Assembly (NCBI GenBank): GCA_963827655.1
Contig: CAWHCF010000023.1
Location: 384,001 to 448,000 of the forward strand
Length of the DNA: 64,000 bases
Source: an uncultured Acidobacteriota bacterium
Lineage (GTDB): Bacteria > Acidobacteriota > UBA6911
Reading direction: 5' to 3'
Positions 52,643 to 62,872 of the stretch are shown here, piece by piece (position 1 is the first letter of the stretch; each line of letters starts with the position of its first letter). A program made the translations under genes and the position numbers. The notes beneath the pieces were generated by a model that was not told where the DNA came from, made no database searches, and saw nothing but the letters and a program-made list of their open reading frames with translations.

Positions 52643-55393
52643 ATGAGCAGTACCAATCCACTATCGACCCAGGTTGGCGAGCTGGCCGTTTATTCCGCTG
52701 AAGCGACTGGTCAGAAGGCCGGAGGCATCCAGTTCCCCCGTCATTTTACGCACGAAGGAGTATCGCCCTACGATGACATCGAATGGGAAACCCGAACCGC
52801 CTCGATCGCGAATGAGAAGGGGGAAATCCTGTTCGAGCAGAAAGAGGTAGAAATTCCCAAAAACTGGTCGCAGACAGCGACCAATATCGTGGTCTCGAAA
52901 TATTTTCACGGGCAGATCGGCACCCCGCAGCGTGAAAGGAGTGTACGGCAATTGGTAGGACGCGTCGCCCGCACTCTGACGGAATGGGGGCGGAAAGGGG
53001 ACTATTTCGCCTCGGAAGCCGACGCGCGCACCTTTCATGACGAGCTCGCATTTCTGCTCCTCAACCAATACATGTCTTTCAACTCCCCCGTGTGGTTCAA
53101 CTGCGGGATTGAGCCCAAGCCCCAGTGCTCGGCCTGTTTTATCAACTCCGTGGACGACACGATGGAATCCATTCTGGAGCTGGCGCGGACCGAGGGGCGG
53201 CTCTTCAAATGGGGATCCGGCACTGGAACAAATCTGTCTCCTCTGCGCTCTTCCAGCGCGAGGCTATCGCGCGGCGGCATTGCCTCGGGACCGGTCAGTT
53301 TCATGAAGGGATTCGACGCGTTTGCCGGAGTGATCAAGAGCGGCGGCAAGACCCGACGCGCAGCAAAGATGGTGATCCTGAATACCGACCACCCGGACAT
53401 CGTCGAATTCATTGAGTGCAAGGCCAGGGAAGAGAAGAAAGCCTGGACGCTGATTGAGGCGGGCTATGACAGCGCGGTCGATGGAGAGGCTTACTCCAGC
53501 ATCTTTTTCCAGAACGCAAACAACAGCGTTCGGGTCACCGATTCCTTCATGAAGGCTGTCGAAGAAGATGGTTGGTGGGAAACCCGAGAGCGAAACACGG
53601 GTGAAGTGGTCCAGCGCTACAAGGCCCGGGACCTGATGCGGAAGATCGCCGACGCCACTTACGTTTGCGGTGATCCGGGGATGCAGTACGACACCACGAT
53701 CAATCGCTGGCACACCTGCAAGAGCACGGCTCCGATCAACGCTTCGAATCCGTGCTCCGAGTACATGTTTCTGGACGACTCCGCCTGCAACCTGGCATCG
53801 CTGAATTTGATGAAATTCGCCGACGACCACGGAGACTTCGATGTGACCAGCTTCCGTAAGGCTGTGGACGTGACCATAACCGCCCAGGAGATCATCGTTG
53901 ACAATGCAAGCTATCCGACGGAAAGGATTGCGCGCAACAGCCACGACTACCGTCCGCTGGGCCTGGGTTACGCGAACCTGGGCGCGCTGTTGATGTCGAA
54001 CGGGCTGGCCTACGATAGCGATCCAGGGCGAGACGTTGCCGCCGCCATTACCGCCGTCATGACGGGGCAAGCTTATCTTCAATCGGCGCGAATCGCGGCG
54101 AAACTTCACCCGTTCCCCGGCTACGAGAAAAACCACGAGCCGTTTCTCGAAGTGATCCGCATGCATCGCGACGCGGTTAAAGCCATCAATTCGAAGAATG
54201 TCCCGACAGACTTGATGCACGCCGCGCAGGAATGCTGGGACCTGGCGCTCATGGAAGGAAGGGTCCACGGATTCAAGAACGCTCAGGCGACCGTGCTGGC
54301 TCCCACAGGGACCATTGGGTTCATGATGGACTGTGACACAACCGGAATAGAGCCGGACCTCGCGCTGGTAAAGTTCAAGAAGCTCGTGGGGGGCGGTCTG
54401 ATGAAAATCGTCAACAATACTCTTCCTCTTGCGCTGGCCAGGCTGGGCTATCCGGAAATCCAGACGCGCGCGATCGTGAAGTATGTGGACGAGAATGGCA
54501 CCATTGAAGGCGCTCCCGCCATCAAGCCGGAGCATTTGCCGGTGTTTGATTGCGCCTTCAAGCCTCAGCGCGGCACGCGATCAATCGATTATATGGGTCA
54601 CGTGAAAATGATGAGCGCGGTCCAGCCGTTTATCTCGGGGGCAATCTCCAAGACCGTGAACGTTCCTGAGAACATCACGGTCGAGGAAATCATGGAAGCT
54701 TACCAGGCGGCCTGGAAAATGGGGATCAAGGCTATCGCCATCTATCGCGATAATTCGAAGCGCACCCAGCCGCTCAACGTTGCCATGGTTGACAAGGCCG
54801 AGGAAACTCCCGGTCCTGCCGCGCCTTCCGGCTTTCGACCGGTCCGCCGCAAGCTTCCTTCGGAGCGCAAGGCTATCACTCACAAATTCAGCATAGGGGG
54901 TCATGAGGGTTACATAACGGTGGGGATGTATGATGACGGCCAGCCTGGCGAGATTTTCCTGGTGATGGCGAAGGAAGGGAGCACCATTTCAGGGCTGATG
55001 GATTCATTCGCGACCGCCATTTCACTCGCGCTGCAGTACGGCGTTCCGCTCAAGGTGCTGATCGACAAGTTCTCGCACGTCCGCTTTGAACCTTCGGGAC
55101 ACACCGGTAACGCGGAAGTTCCTTACGCGAAATCGATCGTCGATTACATCTTCCGCTGGCTGGCTTCGAAGTTTCTGACTCCCGATGAGCAGGCTCGCAC
55201 GGGCGTCCACGTTCCGGATGCTGATTCCGCTCCCGAGAGCGATGGCAGCGCAACGCCTCGCTCCTTGAATGATCTCAGGTCGATGTACGCGCTGGACGAT
55301 GCGCCCACGTGCGCGAGATGCGGAAGCATCATGGTGCGCAACGGTTCCTGCTACAAGTGCATCAACTGCGGCGACACCAGCGGCTGCAGTTAA
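52643..55393 (+). CDS. nrdJ: Class II (adenosylcobalamin-dependent) ribonucleotide reductase with TSCPD and Zn-ribbon C-terminus
   Basis: SACF, NASNPCSE, ACNLAS, APTGTI and GAISKTVN; CxxC...CxxC tail. Confidence 0.95.
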   Translation: MSSTNPLSTQVGELAVYSAEATGQKAGGIQFPRHFTHEGVSPYDDIEWETRTASIANEKGEILFEQKEVEIPKNWSQTATNIVVSKYFHGQIGTPQRERSVRQLVGRVARTLTEWGRKGDYFASEADARTFHDELAFLLLNQYMSFNSPVWFNCGIEPKPQCSACFINSVDDTMESILELARTEGRLFKWGSGTGTNLSPLRSSSARLSRGGIASGPVSFMKGFDAFAGVIKSGGKTRRAAKMVILNTDHPDIVEFIECKAREEKKAWTLIEAGYDSAVDGEAYSSIFFQNANNSVRVTDSFMKAVEEDGWWETRERNTGEVVQRYKARDLMRKIADATYVCGDPGMQYDTTINRWHTCKSTAPINASNPCSEYMFLDDSACNLASLNLMKFADDHGDFDVTSFRKAVDVTITAQEIIVDNASYPTERIARNSHDYRPLGLGYANLGALLMSNGLAYDSDPGRDVAAAITAVMTGQAYLQSARIAAKLHPFPGYEKNHEPFLEVIRMHRDAVKAINSKNVPTDLMHAAQECWDLALMEGRVHGFKNAQATVLAPTGTIGFMMDCDTTGIEPDLALVKFKKLVGGGLMKIVNNTLPLALARLGYPEIQTRAIVKYVDENGTIEGAPAIKPEHLPVFDCAFKPQRGTRSIDYMGHVKMMSAVQPFISGAISKTVNVPENITVEEIMEAYQAAWKMGIKAIAIYRDNSKRTQPLNVAMVDKAEETPGPAAPSGFRPVRRKLPSERKAITHKFSIGGHEGYITVGMYDDGQPGEIFLVMAKEGSTISGLMDSFATAISLALQYGVPLKVLIDKFSHVRFEPSGHTGNAEVPYAKSIVDYIFRWLASKFLTPDEQARTGVHVPDADSAPESDGSATPRSLNDLRSMYALDDAPTCARCGSIMVRNGSCYKCINCGDTSGCS

Positions 55394-55412
55394 GGCGTCG
55401 CGTCCGCCCTGT

Positions 55413-56048
55413 GTGGGAAAGAACAAAGGCAATTCTGACCGGGTCAATCTGCTGCTGACCGGCGCGCTCGCCATCGTCTTCATCTGGTCGGCCGTGCGCC
55501 CGCGTGATTACTTCACCTGGCTGCTCGAAGTGGCGCCGGCAATCATCGGCTTCGTCGTGCTGGCGGCGACTTACCGGAAGTTCAGATTCACACAGCTTGT
55601 TTATACCCTCTGCGCGCTTCACGCCATCGTCCTGATGGTGGGCGGTCACTACACCTACGCCGAGGTCCCCCTGTTCAACTGGATACGCGACACTTTCGGG
55701 CTGACGCGCAACCACTATGACCGGGTCGGGCACTTTGCCCAAGGGTTCGTCCCGGCCATGGTAACGCGAGAGATTCTGCTGCGCACCTCTCCCCTGCGCG
55801 CAGGCCAATGGCTCACGACGATCGTGGTCGCCGTCTGCCTCGCGATATCAGCACTGTACGAGTTGCTGGAATGGGCTGTGGCAGCGGCAACTGGAAGCGC
55901 AGCCGAGGCCTTCCTCGGAACCCAGGGTGACGTCTGGGACACCCAGAAGGACATGGCGATCTGCCTGGCCGGCGCTTTGGCGGCGCTCCTGACCCTGACC
56001 AGGATCCACGATCGCGCGCTCGCATCCCTGCATCCTGACCGGTACTGA
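55413..56048 (+). CDS. DUF2238 (YjdF-like) membrane protein (start approximate)
   Basis: GGHYTYAEVP, RNHYDRVGH and FLGTQGDVWDTQKDM. Confidence 0.9.
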   Translation: MGKNKGNSDRVNLLLTGALAIVFIWSAVRPRDYFTWLLEVAPAIIGFVVLAATYRKFRFTQLVYTLCALHAIVLMVGGHYTYAEVPLFNWIRDTFGLTRNHYDRVGHFAQGFVPAMVTREILLRTSPLRAGQWLTTIVVAVCLAISALYELLEWAVAAATGSAAEAFLGTQGDVWDTQKDMAICLAGALAALLTLTRIHDRALASLHPDRY

Positions 56049-56124
56049 CCGGCAAGACGCGAAACAGTGACAATGTGTCATCCCCTGTTTGACACTGCTT
56101 CAAGGGCCCTGCTATCCTGTGCGC

Positions 56125-56364
56125 ATGAAACGTACAAATCTTGTGCTTGATGAGCAATTGCTGGAGGAAGCGACCCGCCTTAGTGGCGAACGGACTTACT
56201 CTCGCGCCGTCGAGCGAGCACTCGAGGATTTTGTAAAGAGAATCAAAGCTCGCCAGATCCTGGAACTCGCCGGTTCTGGCCTCTGGGAGGGGGATCTGTC
56301 CGAGATGAGATCCGATCGCCCTCGCAAGCATCCCCGACGAGGCTCGGTTCGTGCTCCTCGTTGA
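56125..56364 (+). CDS. vapB: VapB-type antitoxin (RHH)
   Basis: MKRTNLVLDEQLLEEA and WEGDLSEMR; overlaps the PIN gene. Confidence 0.88.
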   Translation: MKRTNLVLDEQLLEEATRLSGERTYSRAVERALEDFVKRIKARQILELAGSGLWEGDLSEMRSDRPRKHPRRGSVRAPR

Positions 56365-56755
56365 TTCCTCGGTCTGGATCGAGACCTTCCGCAAACCCAG
56401 CCGTTTGGAGTTCGCTTCGATCGCCGATCTCAGCGAAGTTGTCACATGCCTGCCGATTATCCAGGAGGTTCTTCAGGGATTTCGGGATGAGCGGGCATTT
56501 CGCATCGCCCGCGAAGCCATGTGGGCCTTGCCCATTATTGAGTCGCCGTTACGTTCGGAAGTCTTCACTGAAGCCATTCATCTGTATCGGCAAGCACGCC
56601 ACGTCGGCTTGACCATCCGGTCGGGAGTCGACTGCCTGATCGCCGTCGTTGCCATCAGGCACAGCCTGGTTGTGTTACACCACAATCGCGACTTCGAAGC
56701 GCTGGCCAAGGTTTCACCGCTCGAGGCAAGGGAAGTCCTTCAAGCTGGAAAATAG
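56351..56755 (+). CDS. vapC: VapC PIN-domain toxin
   Basis: LVDSSVWI, EVLQG, DCLIA and RDF. Confidence 0.92.
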   Translation: MLLVDSSVWIETFRKPSRLEFASIADLSEVVTCLPIIQEVLQGFRDERAFRIAREAMWALPIIESPLRSEVFTEAIHLYRQARHVGLTIRSGVDCLIAVVAIRHSLVVLHHNRDFEALAKVSPLEAREVLQAGK

Positions 56756-56782
56756 CCGTGTCTAGCGATGAGCAACGACGCG

Positions 56783-57308
56783 TCAACGCTTCTTTTTCTT
56801 AAAGGCATCGCGGCGGATGCGTTTGATTTGCAGCAAGTGATTCAGGTCATGGCCGGCGATCATGCGCACCGTGTGGGCCACGGTTTCCCGGCCGCGCTCC
56901 TGGTGCATGTGGTAGCAATCCCACTGTTCCCTGGAAAGTCCCTTGAGCAGAGTCAGGTTGCACTGGCGCAAGGCGGTGAAGAGCGCCAGGGACTTCCTCG
57001 GATCGCGTTTCGCGTATCGCCCGACGAGAGCCCAATCGTCCTGGTCGTAGGCGTGAACGGGAGTGCCGCTCCTGGTAAGAGCCTGGCGCAAGCGCCAGCC
57101 CACCACCATCTCGGTTTCGGAAAGGTGCGCCAGGATCTCGCCGATGGACCACATGTCCGGCTCGCCGGACTTTTCGCCAGCTGCGCACGAGAGAGTCGCG
57201 TGGGTCAGCCGGGCAAGCCTTGGGGCGTCGCGAGCTGCGTTGCAAGCGCGTCCTTGCCTTCAGTGAAGCGAGGATACGCGCTTTGTACTGATCAATTGTT
57301 TCTTTCAT
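56783..57308 (-). CDS. DinB family protein (several indels in the 5' part)
   Basis: WSIGEILAHL, YDQDDW and AGHDLNHL; the N-terminus MKETIDQYKARIL is in another frame. Confidence 0.8.
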
Positions 57309-57665
57309 GTTGCCGGTGTTTTTAACGCAAAGGCACCGGGGTTTCAAGGAATTCAACGAGTCGCCGAAAACCAACCTCACTCAACGAAATCCGCAGGATA
57401 TCAATCGGGGAAGACCCGGTTAGAACCGCGCTTACGGCCTCGGCCCGGAAGTAGCCATGCCGGTGTTTGCCAGGGGTCCTCTGGTCGGACTGGTGAATGT
57501 ACGCTACGTCTGGGAGTTCGGCGCAGAGACGAACTTCGAAGGAGGGAATTTCCTGTTCAGTTTCATCCTGGCAAGGCTCTCGCACTGAGAGCGACCTCGT
57601 GTCACTGGTCGGTGCTTCCTGCTTTCTTGGGTGCGAAACAAATACCACTAGGACACGAAGACACG

Positions 57666-57747
57666 AAGGTTCGTTCGGGGACTTCGCCCCGAACGAATGG
57701 CCCTTATGAACGACAACATGTTGGTTTGAACGTTTCGCTAAGCGCCT
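57666..57747 (+). repeat. 82-bp hairpin-containing dispersed repeat, copy 2
   Basis: 78/82 identical to 943-1024. Confidence 0.9.
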
Positions 57748-57761
57748 AAGACACCCAGGGT

Positions 57762-59201
57762 CTACGCCAGGAGCTTCTTCACCAGCGTTCCGCTGACGTC
57801 GGTCAGGCGGAAATCGCGACCCTGAAACCGGTAAGTAAGCTTCGTGTGGTCGAGGCCCATCAGGTTGAGGATCGTGGCGTGCAGGTCGTGCACGTGCACG
57901 CCGTCCTCGACCACGTTGTAGCCCAACTCGTCGGTCGCGCCTATCGTGATCCCTTTCTGGACTCCGGCGCCTGCCAGCCACATCGTGAAGGCGCGCGGGT
58001 GATGGTCGCGGCCCAGGAAGCGCGAGTTATTCCTCTTCTCATTCATTGGAGTGCGCCCGAACTCGCCGCCCCATACCACCAGCGTCGACTCGAGCAGCCC
58101 GCGCTGGCGAAGATCGCGGATCAGCGCGGCGGCGGCGCGGTCGGTCTCGCGGCAGCGCTGCGGAAGCGATGTGACGATGTCGTCAGACGGGCTGGTCCCG
58201 TGGCTGTCCCACCCCCGGTGGTAAAGCTGCACGAAGCGCACACCGCGCTCAACCAGCCGCCGCGCGAGCAGGCAATTGTTGGCGAACGAAACCTTCCCTG
58301 GCTCGGTGCCATACATTTCGTGGACGGCGGCGTCCTCTCGGGAAATGTCCGTGAGCTCCGGAACGCTCGCCTGCATCCGGTAGGCCATTTCGTAGGAAGC
58401 GATCCGGGTCGCGATCTCGGGATCACCCACCTCCCGGAGTTGAATCTGATTGAGGTCGCGCAGCGCGTCAAGCGAGCGCCGACGCTGGGCATCATCCATG
58501 CCCTTCGGGTTGCTTACGTAGAGCACCGGATCGCCCTGGGAGCGGAACTCGACTCCCTGATAGACACTCGGGAGAAATCCGCTGGACCAGCACGATTTTC
58601 CTCCGTCTGGCTGGCCGATACCGGAGACCAGCACGACGAATCCGGGAAACTCGCTGCTCTCGCTGCCCAGCCCATAAGTCAGCCAGGAGCCCATCGAGGG
58701 TCGCCCGATGAGCTGGTGGCCGGTGTTCATGAAGATCTGGGCGGGCGCGTGATTGAACTGGTCGGTATGCATCGAGCGCACGACCGCGATCTCGTCAGCG
58801 ACCTCTCTGAGATTGGGCAGCAGTTCCGAGATGACGGCGCCCGACTGCCCGCAGCTCTGGAACTTGTAAGGCGAGCCCAGCAGCTGCGGCACACCCTTGA
58901 TAAACGCAAACCGCTCCCCGCGGATCAGCTCCTCCGGGATGTTTTTCTCATTCAGCTCGACCAGCTTCGGTTTGTGATCGAACAGATCGAGCTGTGAGGG
59001 CGCCCCCGCCATGAAAAGAAAGATTATGTTCGTGGCCTTGGGCTTGAAATGCGGCGCTCGAGGCCGCATCGGTTCCGTTCGGGACGCGTCGCCGGCGTAA
59101 AGATTTTCGTTCCAGAGCGTCGAGAGCGCCAGGGCGCCGATGCCGAAACCGCCGGTCGCGAAAAAGTGTCTGCGCGTAATCGCTTTGAGGTTATCGTTCA
59201 T
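57762..59201 (-). CDS. DUF1501 (sulfatase-like) protein, Tat signal
   Basis: TRRHFF; [31 protein letters not shown] and GRDHH. Confidence 0.93.
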   Translation of the reverse strand: MNDNLKAITRRHFFATGGFGIGALALSTLWNENLYAGDASRTEPMRPRAPHFKPKATNIIFLFMAGAPSQLDLFDHKPKLVELNEKNIPEELIRGERFAFIKGVPQLLGSPYKFQSCGQSGAVISELLPNLREVADEIAVVRSMHTDQFNHAPAQIFMNTGHQLIGRPSMGSWLTYGLGSESSEFPGFVVLVSGIGQPDGGKSCWSSGFLPSVYQGVEFRSQGDPVLYVSNPKGMDDAQRRRSLDALRDLNQIQLREVGDPEIATRIASYEMAYRMQASVPELTDISREDAAVHEMYGTEPGKVSFANNCLLARRLVERGVRFVQLYHRGWDSHGTSPSDDIVTSLPQRCRETDRAAAALIRDLRQRGLLESTLVVWGGEFGRTPMNEKRNNSRFLGRDHHPRAFTMWLAGAGVQKGITIGATDELGYNVVEDGVHVHDLHATILNLMGLDHTKLTYRFQGRDFRLTDVSGTLVKKLLA

Positions 59202-59219
59202 GTAGTGGCGACTCCCCGA

Positions 59220-62200
59220 CTATCCTTTCGTCAGAGTCTCGTTCAAGTTCAACAGAACGTTTGCCAGCACGGTCCAGGCGGCAAACCGGCCGGTATCGCA
59301 GCCATCCGGCCGCGCCACGCCGCCTCCGGTCGCCAGTTCTTCGGCGGCCTTCGGATTTCGCTGGAAATTGCCGAGTTCTTCTTCAAACAGCCGCAGCAGT
59401 CGATCGCTCTCCTCCGTCGAAGGCCGGCGTGCCGTGCACAGACGGAAGCCGTAGCGGATCCCCTCAAGCGGGTCCGAAGGCGCCTCGATCAGGATGCGCC
59501 GGGCCAGGCCGCGCGCGGCGTCGAAGAAAACCGGATCATTGAGCGTCGTGAGAGCCTGAAGCGGCGTATTGGTTGCCGTGCGGCGCGTGCATATCAGCTC
59601 CCGGCTCGGGGCGTCGAAGGTCATGAAAGAGGGGTGAGGAGCCGTTCGGCGCCAGAAGGTATAAATTCCGCGGCGGTAACGGTCTTCGCCGGCGCTCTCG
59701 ATCCACTTATCGTCGTTGTAGACCAGATTCCAGATCCCCGCGGGCTGAGGGGGAAACACGCTGGGCCCAAACATCTTCGAGCTCAGAAGCCCGGCGATGG
59801 CCAGGGCGTTATCCCGGATCATCTCGGCTTCCAGCCGCAGCCGCGACCCGCGGGCAAACAGTCGGTTTGCCGGGTCGCGCTGAAGAAGGTCGTCGGTCAC
59901 ACGCGAGCTTTGACGGTAGGCCGCCGAGGTCACGATCAACCGGTGCAGCGCCTTCCGGCTCCACTTCTGCTGGACGAACTCGGTCGCCAGCCAGTCCAGC
60001 AACTCCGGATGACTCGGAAGTTGTCCCTGGCTGCCAAAGTCCTCCTCGGTCTCGACGATGCCCCGGCCGAAATACTGCGCCCAAATGCGATTGACCGCGA
60101 CGCGCGCCGTGAGGGGATTGACCGGGTCGACCAGCCAGCGCGCCAGCGTCAGACGGTCTGCAGACGCACCCTCCGGAAGAGGATGGAGTACGGACGGAAC
60201 CCCCGGCGTGACCTGCTTTCCCTTCGACAAGAAGCTCCCGCGAATATGCACGTACGTCTTGCGAGGCTCCGGCAACTCCTTTATCACCATCGTCGCCGGC
60301 TGCGCCAGGTCGGCCCAGAGAGAGCGGGCGTTCGATAGAGCATCGCGCAGCGATTCGAGCTTTGGGGCGATTGAACGGTAATGTGCTCGGAGTTGCTCCA
60401 GCTGCCGTCCAGAACGCTCCGTTGCCGGAATCGCCAGGATGGACTGGATACGGACCGGAATCCTGACGCTCTTGCCGGCGCCCTTCTCGGTCGTAATCGA
60501 CAGACGAAAGCGACCGATCGATTGCGCGGCTAATGCTGACTCGTGCTTCAGCCGCACCGTAATGCGCGTTCCCCCGGCGAAGCCAAACGGGTTCTCGGCG
60601 GCGAAGACCGCCTGTGTATCTTCGAGCGCGCGCATGCGGTCTACTCGCACCGACCAGCCTCTCGCGGGATCTCCGTCGAGGGCGTTCTTCACATTCGTGC
60701 CGTGCTGCGCAAACGCGTCAACGAACCGGACCGCCTGGCTACGCTCTCGAGCGCCCGCAGGCGCGATCTCAACCTCGAAACCTGTAAGAATGAAGTTTCC
60801 GTTCGGACTGCGGCTGAACCCGCCGTTGGGCAAGCCCGGGTGCATCAGCGCCTCGAGACGAACCGCCGTGATTCCGGTCTGATCGGTCTCGGTCGTCACC
60901 ACATAGCTGTCCTGCGCCGGAATCTTTCCCTGCGCCATTATTGACTGATCCTCGAGTGGCTCGAGGGCAGCGCCGGCGACTGAGACGGCCCGCGACGGCT
61001 GAAGGACGCGCCAGGAGACCAGAGACTCGGCGCCTTCACGCTCCCACGCGGCCTGTGCGGCGTCGAGCTCGGGACTCTCCTGGTCGAGGCGCTCTTCAAG
61101 CTGAAGGATCTGCTCCTCGACCTGCTTGCGGTGAGGCGCGAAACGCCTCGATGCCGGGATGGTGAAATTCGGGCCGCGGCTTCCGCGCTCGCTGCCCGGG
61201 AGCGTATTGACATCCTCTTCGGAGTTGTTGAAGAAAGCGAAGAAGCGGTAAAACTCCTCCTGCGAGAAGGGGTCGAATTTGTGGTTGTGGCACTGAGCGC
61301 AGCCGAGCGTGGTGCCGAGCCAGACCGTTGCGGTCGTGTCGACCCGGTCGACAACGGCGGCAACACGAAACTCCTCGGGATCGACACCCCCCTCCTCGTT
61401 AATCATGGTGTTGCGGTGAAAGCCGGTCGCGATCTTCTGATCATCGGTCGCGTTCGGAAGAAGATCGCCGGCGATCTGCTCGATCGTGAACTGATCGTAG
61501 GGAAGGTCGCGATTGAGCGCGTCAACGACCCAGTCGCGATAGAGCCAGATCTTGCGCCGGTCGTCCTTTTCGTACCCGTTCGTGTCGGCATAACGCGCCA
61601 GGTCGAGCCAGGGACGCGCCCAGCGCTCACCATAGCGAGGCGACGCAAGCAGCCGGTCGACGAGCTTCCCGTATGCATCAGCGTCTGTGTCGGCGAGAAA
61701 GTTATCGATTTCCGCCGGCGCGGGAGGTAGGCCGATGAGGTCCAGGCTGAGGCGGCGGATCAGGGTCTCTTTCGAGGCCTCCGGCTGAGGGGCGAGGCCT
61801 TCGCGCTCGAGGCGCGCCAGAACAAAATTGTCGATCGGGTTTCGCACCCAGCCGGCCTTGCGCACCACCGGGAGATCCGGCCGACTGGGCGGAACATAGG
61901 CCCAGTGCTTTGCGGTTTCTTTCGACTGGCTTGCCTGCGAGCCAGGCCCCTCGGGCCACGAAGCGCCCTGGTGGATCCAGGTCCTTATGCGCTCGATCTG
62001 TTGAGTCGAGAGCCCGTCACCTTCGAGCGGCATTCGAGCGCCCTGGTCGAGACCGGCAACGCGGCGGTAGAGCGTGCTCTGTTCGGCCTTGCCGGGAACG
62101 ATTACGGGGCCGGAGAGCCCTCCCTTCAATGCGGCGGCCCGGTCGTCCAGACGCAAACCCGCCCCCTGCTTCTCGGGCCCGTGGCATGAATAACAAGACG

Positions 62201-62330
62201 TCCGGAGTATGGGCTCGATTTCGCGCTGGAAGTCGATCTTTCCCTCGCCGGCCGGCCGCTGCATTGCCCCGCCGGCCAGGACTGGAAAGATCAGGAGCGT
62301 TAAAGCGTGTTTGATCGGTCTCGAGATCAT
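59220..62330 (-). CDS. Planctomycete-type cytochrome c with PSCyt2 (DUF1549) and PSD1 (DUF1553) domains
   Basis: CYSCH and CAQCH haem motifs, NPIDNF, WLDLARYAD, HPELLDWLA and TPLQAL. Confidence 0.93.
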   Translation of the reverse strand: MISRPIKHALTLLIFPVLAGGAMQRPAGEGKIDFQREIEPILRTSCYSCHGPEKQGAGLRLDDRAAALKGGLSGPVIVPGKAEQSTLYRRVAGLDQGARMPLEGDGLSTQQIERIRTWIHQGASWPEGPGSQASQSKETAKHWAYVPPSRPDLPVVRKAGWVRNPIDNFVLARLEREGLAPQPEASKETLIRRLSLDLIGLPPAPAEIDNFLADTDADAYGKLVDRLLASPRYGERWARPWLDLARYADTNGYEKDDRRKIWLYRDWVVDALNRDLPYDQFTIEQIAGDLLPNATDDQKIATGFHRNTMINEEGGVDPEEFRVAAVVDRVDTTATVWLGTTLGCAQCHNHKFDPFSQEEFYRFFAFFNNSEEDVNTLPGSERGSRGPNFTIPASRRFAPHRKQVEEQILQLEERLDQESPELDAAQAAWEREGAESLVSWRVLQPSRAVSVAGAALEPLEDQSIMAQGKIPAQDSYVVTTETDQTGITAVRLEALMHPGLPNGGFSRSPNGNFILTGFEVEIAPAGARERSQAVRFVDAFAQHGTNVKNALDGDPARGWSVRVDRMRALEDTQAVFAAENPFGFAGGTRITVRLKHESALAAQSIGRFRLSITTEKGAGKSVRIPVRIQSILAIPATERSGRQLEQLRAHYRSIAPKLESLRDALSNARSLWADLAQPATMVIKELPEPRKTYVHIRGSFLSKGKQVTPGVPSVLHPLPEGASADRLTLARWLVDPVNPLTARVAVNRIWAQYFGRGIVETEEDFGSQGQLPSHPELLDWLATEFVQQKWSRKALHRLIVTSAAYRQSSRVTDDLLQRDPANRLFARGSRLRLEAEMIRDNALAIAGLLSSKMFGPSVFPPQPAGIWNLVYNDDKWIESAGEDRYRRGIYTFWRRTAPHPSFMTFDAPSRELICTRRTATNTPLQALTTLNDPVFFDAARGLARRILIEAPSDPLEGIRYGFRLCTARRPSTEESDRLLRLFEEELGNFQRNPKAAEELATGGGVARPDGCDTGRFAAWTVLANVLLNLNETLTKG

Positions 62331-62388
62331 CGTGGGGATGATTTTATCAGACCTTTGCCGCGAAGACACAAAGGTATAATCGGACCCG

Positions 62389-62763
62389 ATGTCGAAGACA
62401 ACGACGGCGGGCGTGAAAGAACGGCTAAGCAAGGAGCGCAATATCTGGATAGCAACCGTGCGTCGCGACGGCCGGCCGCACATCGTCCCGGTCTGGTTTG
62501 CCTGCGTCGATGACCGGATCTATGTCTGCATCGAACCTCAGAGCGTGAAGGGGCGCAATCTCGCTGGCAACCAAAACGTTGCCCTGGCGCTCGAGGACGG
62601 CAGCCATCCGATCATTTGTGAAGGCGAGGGACGGTTTCTGGAACGACCCTGGCCCGAACCGGTCGTCGATGCTTTCCGCGACAAGTACGAATGGTCGATT
62701 TCTTCGGAGCGGCAGTACACCGCCCTGGTCGAAGTCACGCCGCGCAAATGGCTCAAATGGTGA
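62389..62763 (+). CDS. Pyridoxamine 5'-phosphate oxidase-like (split barrel) protein
   Basis: ATVRRDGRPHIVPVWF and KGRNL. Confidence 0.88.
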   Translation: MSKTTTAGVKERLSKERNIWIATVRRDGRPHIVPVWFACVDDRIYVCIEPQSVKGRNLAGNQNVALALEDGSHPIICEGEGRFLERPWPEPVVDAFRDKYEWSISSERQYTALVEVTPRKWLKW

Positions 62764-62872
62764 CTTGGCGTCTTCGTATTACACGACTGTGAAATCTTCT
62801 GACAGCTCAGCGCGGCCAGGCTTTTTGATCATTTTTGCCGCCTTCCGGGCGCGCTGAATCTGGCGGACGTGC

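Noticed and set aside
57310-57640. Unannotated gap upstream of the DinB gene
   Set aside because: No recognisable protein motif or clear structure; adjacent sequence appears low quality
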